Of a DNA stretch of 64,000 nt, positions 63,791-64,000 are shown in pieces. The stretch's first letter is position 1. Each line of letters starts with the position of its first letter. This DNA is from Tubiluchus corallicola (lineage: Eukaryota; Animalia; Priapulida). The DNA lies in assembly GCA_030141605.1 (NCBI GenBank), contig JAQGDQ010000146.1, positions 69,933 through 133,932 on the forward strand, written 5' to 3'. Both the position numbers and the translations under genes were made by a program. The notes beneath the pieces are model-generated. The model made no database searches. It saw nothing but the letters and a program-made list of their open reading frames with translations, and was not told the DNA's origin.

Positions 63791-64000
63791 GTAATAAACT
63801 TGCTTCATAGGTCTCTAGCTCTGTGTAATTTTGTAATCTCAACTTTGAATAAGTCAGAAATTTGATTCCATATGCTTTCTGGGGTAAATGCCTACGTTTA
63901 TTTTGCTGAATAATTTCATTGAAATTGAAAAAATTAAACTGAATTCACTTATTTATTCATTTGTTTGTTGATTAGAAAAATTGTTTTAACTCAATGAAAA

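Overview
AT-rich, repeat-dense metazoan genomic DNA. The 5S-derived sequence resembles lophotrochozoan (mollusc/annelid/brachiopod-type) 5S, which is an inference from recall. Host genes: two tandem intronless class A GPCRs, a GT10 alpha-1,3-fucosyltransferase, a frameshifted terminal exon of a perivitellin-2/MACPF-accessory-like repeat protein, an intronless DHRS4-like SDR, and two convergent short-collagen genes. One collagen (+ strand; signal-EGF-CxxC-GPP) stops after three exons at a BEL/Pao LTR retrotransposon that lacks a target-site duplication. The other (- strand) has an acidic pro-region, a basic cleavage site, CxxC and 91 uninterrupted Gly-X-Y triplets, with no C-terminal globular domain. 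Mobile DNA includes the near-complete BEL/Pao element, a deleted Gypsy element (LTR+PBS+gag), a 5S rRNA-headed bipartite RTE SINE, many LINE fragments and MITEs, and several mini- and microsatellites. There are no CRISPR arrays or prokaryotic systems. All calls were made by eye, without database searches.
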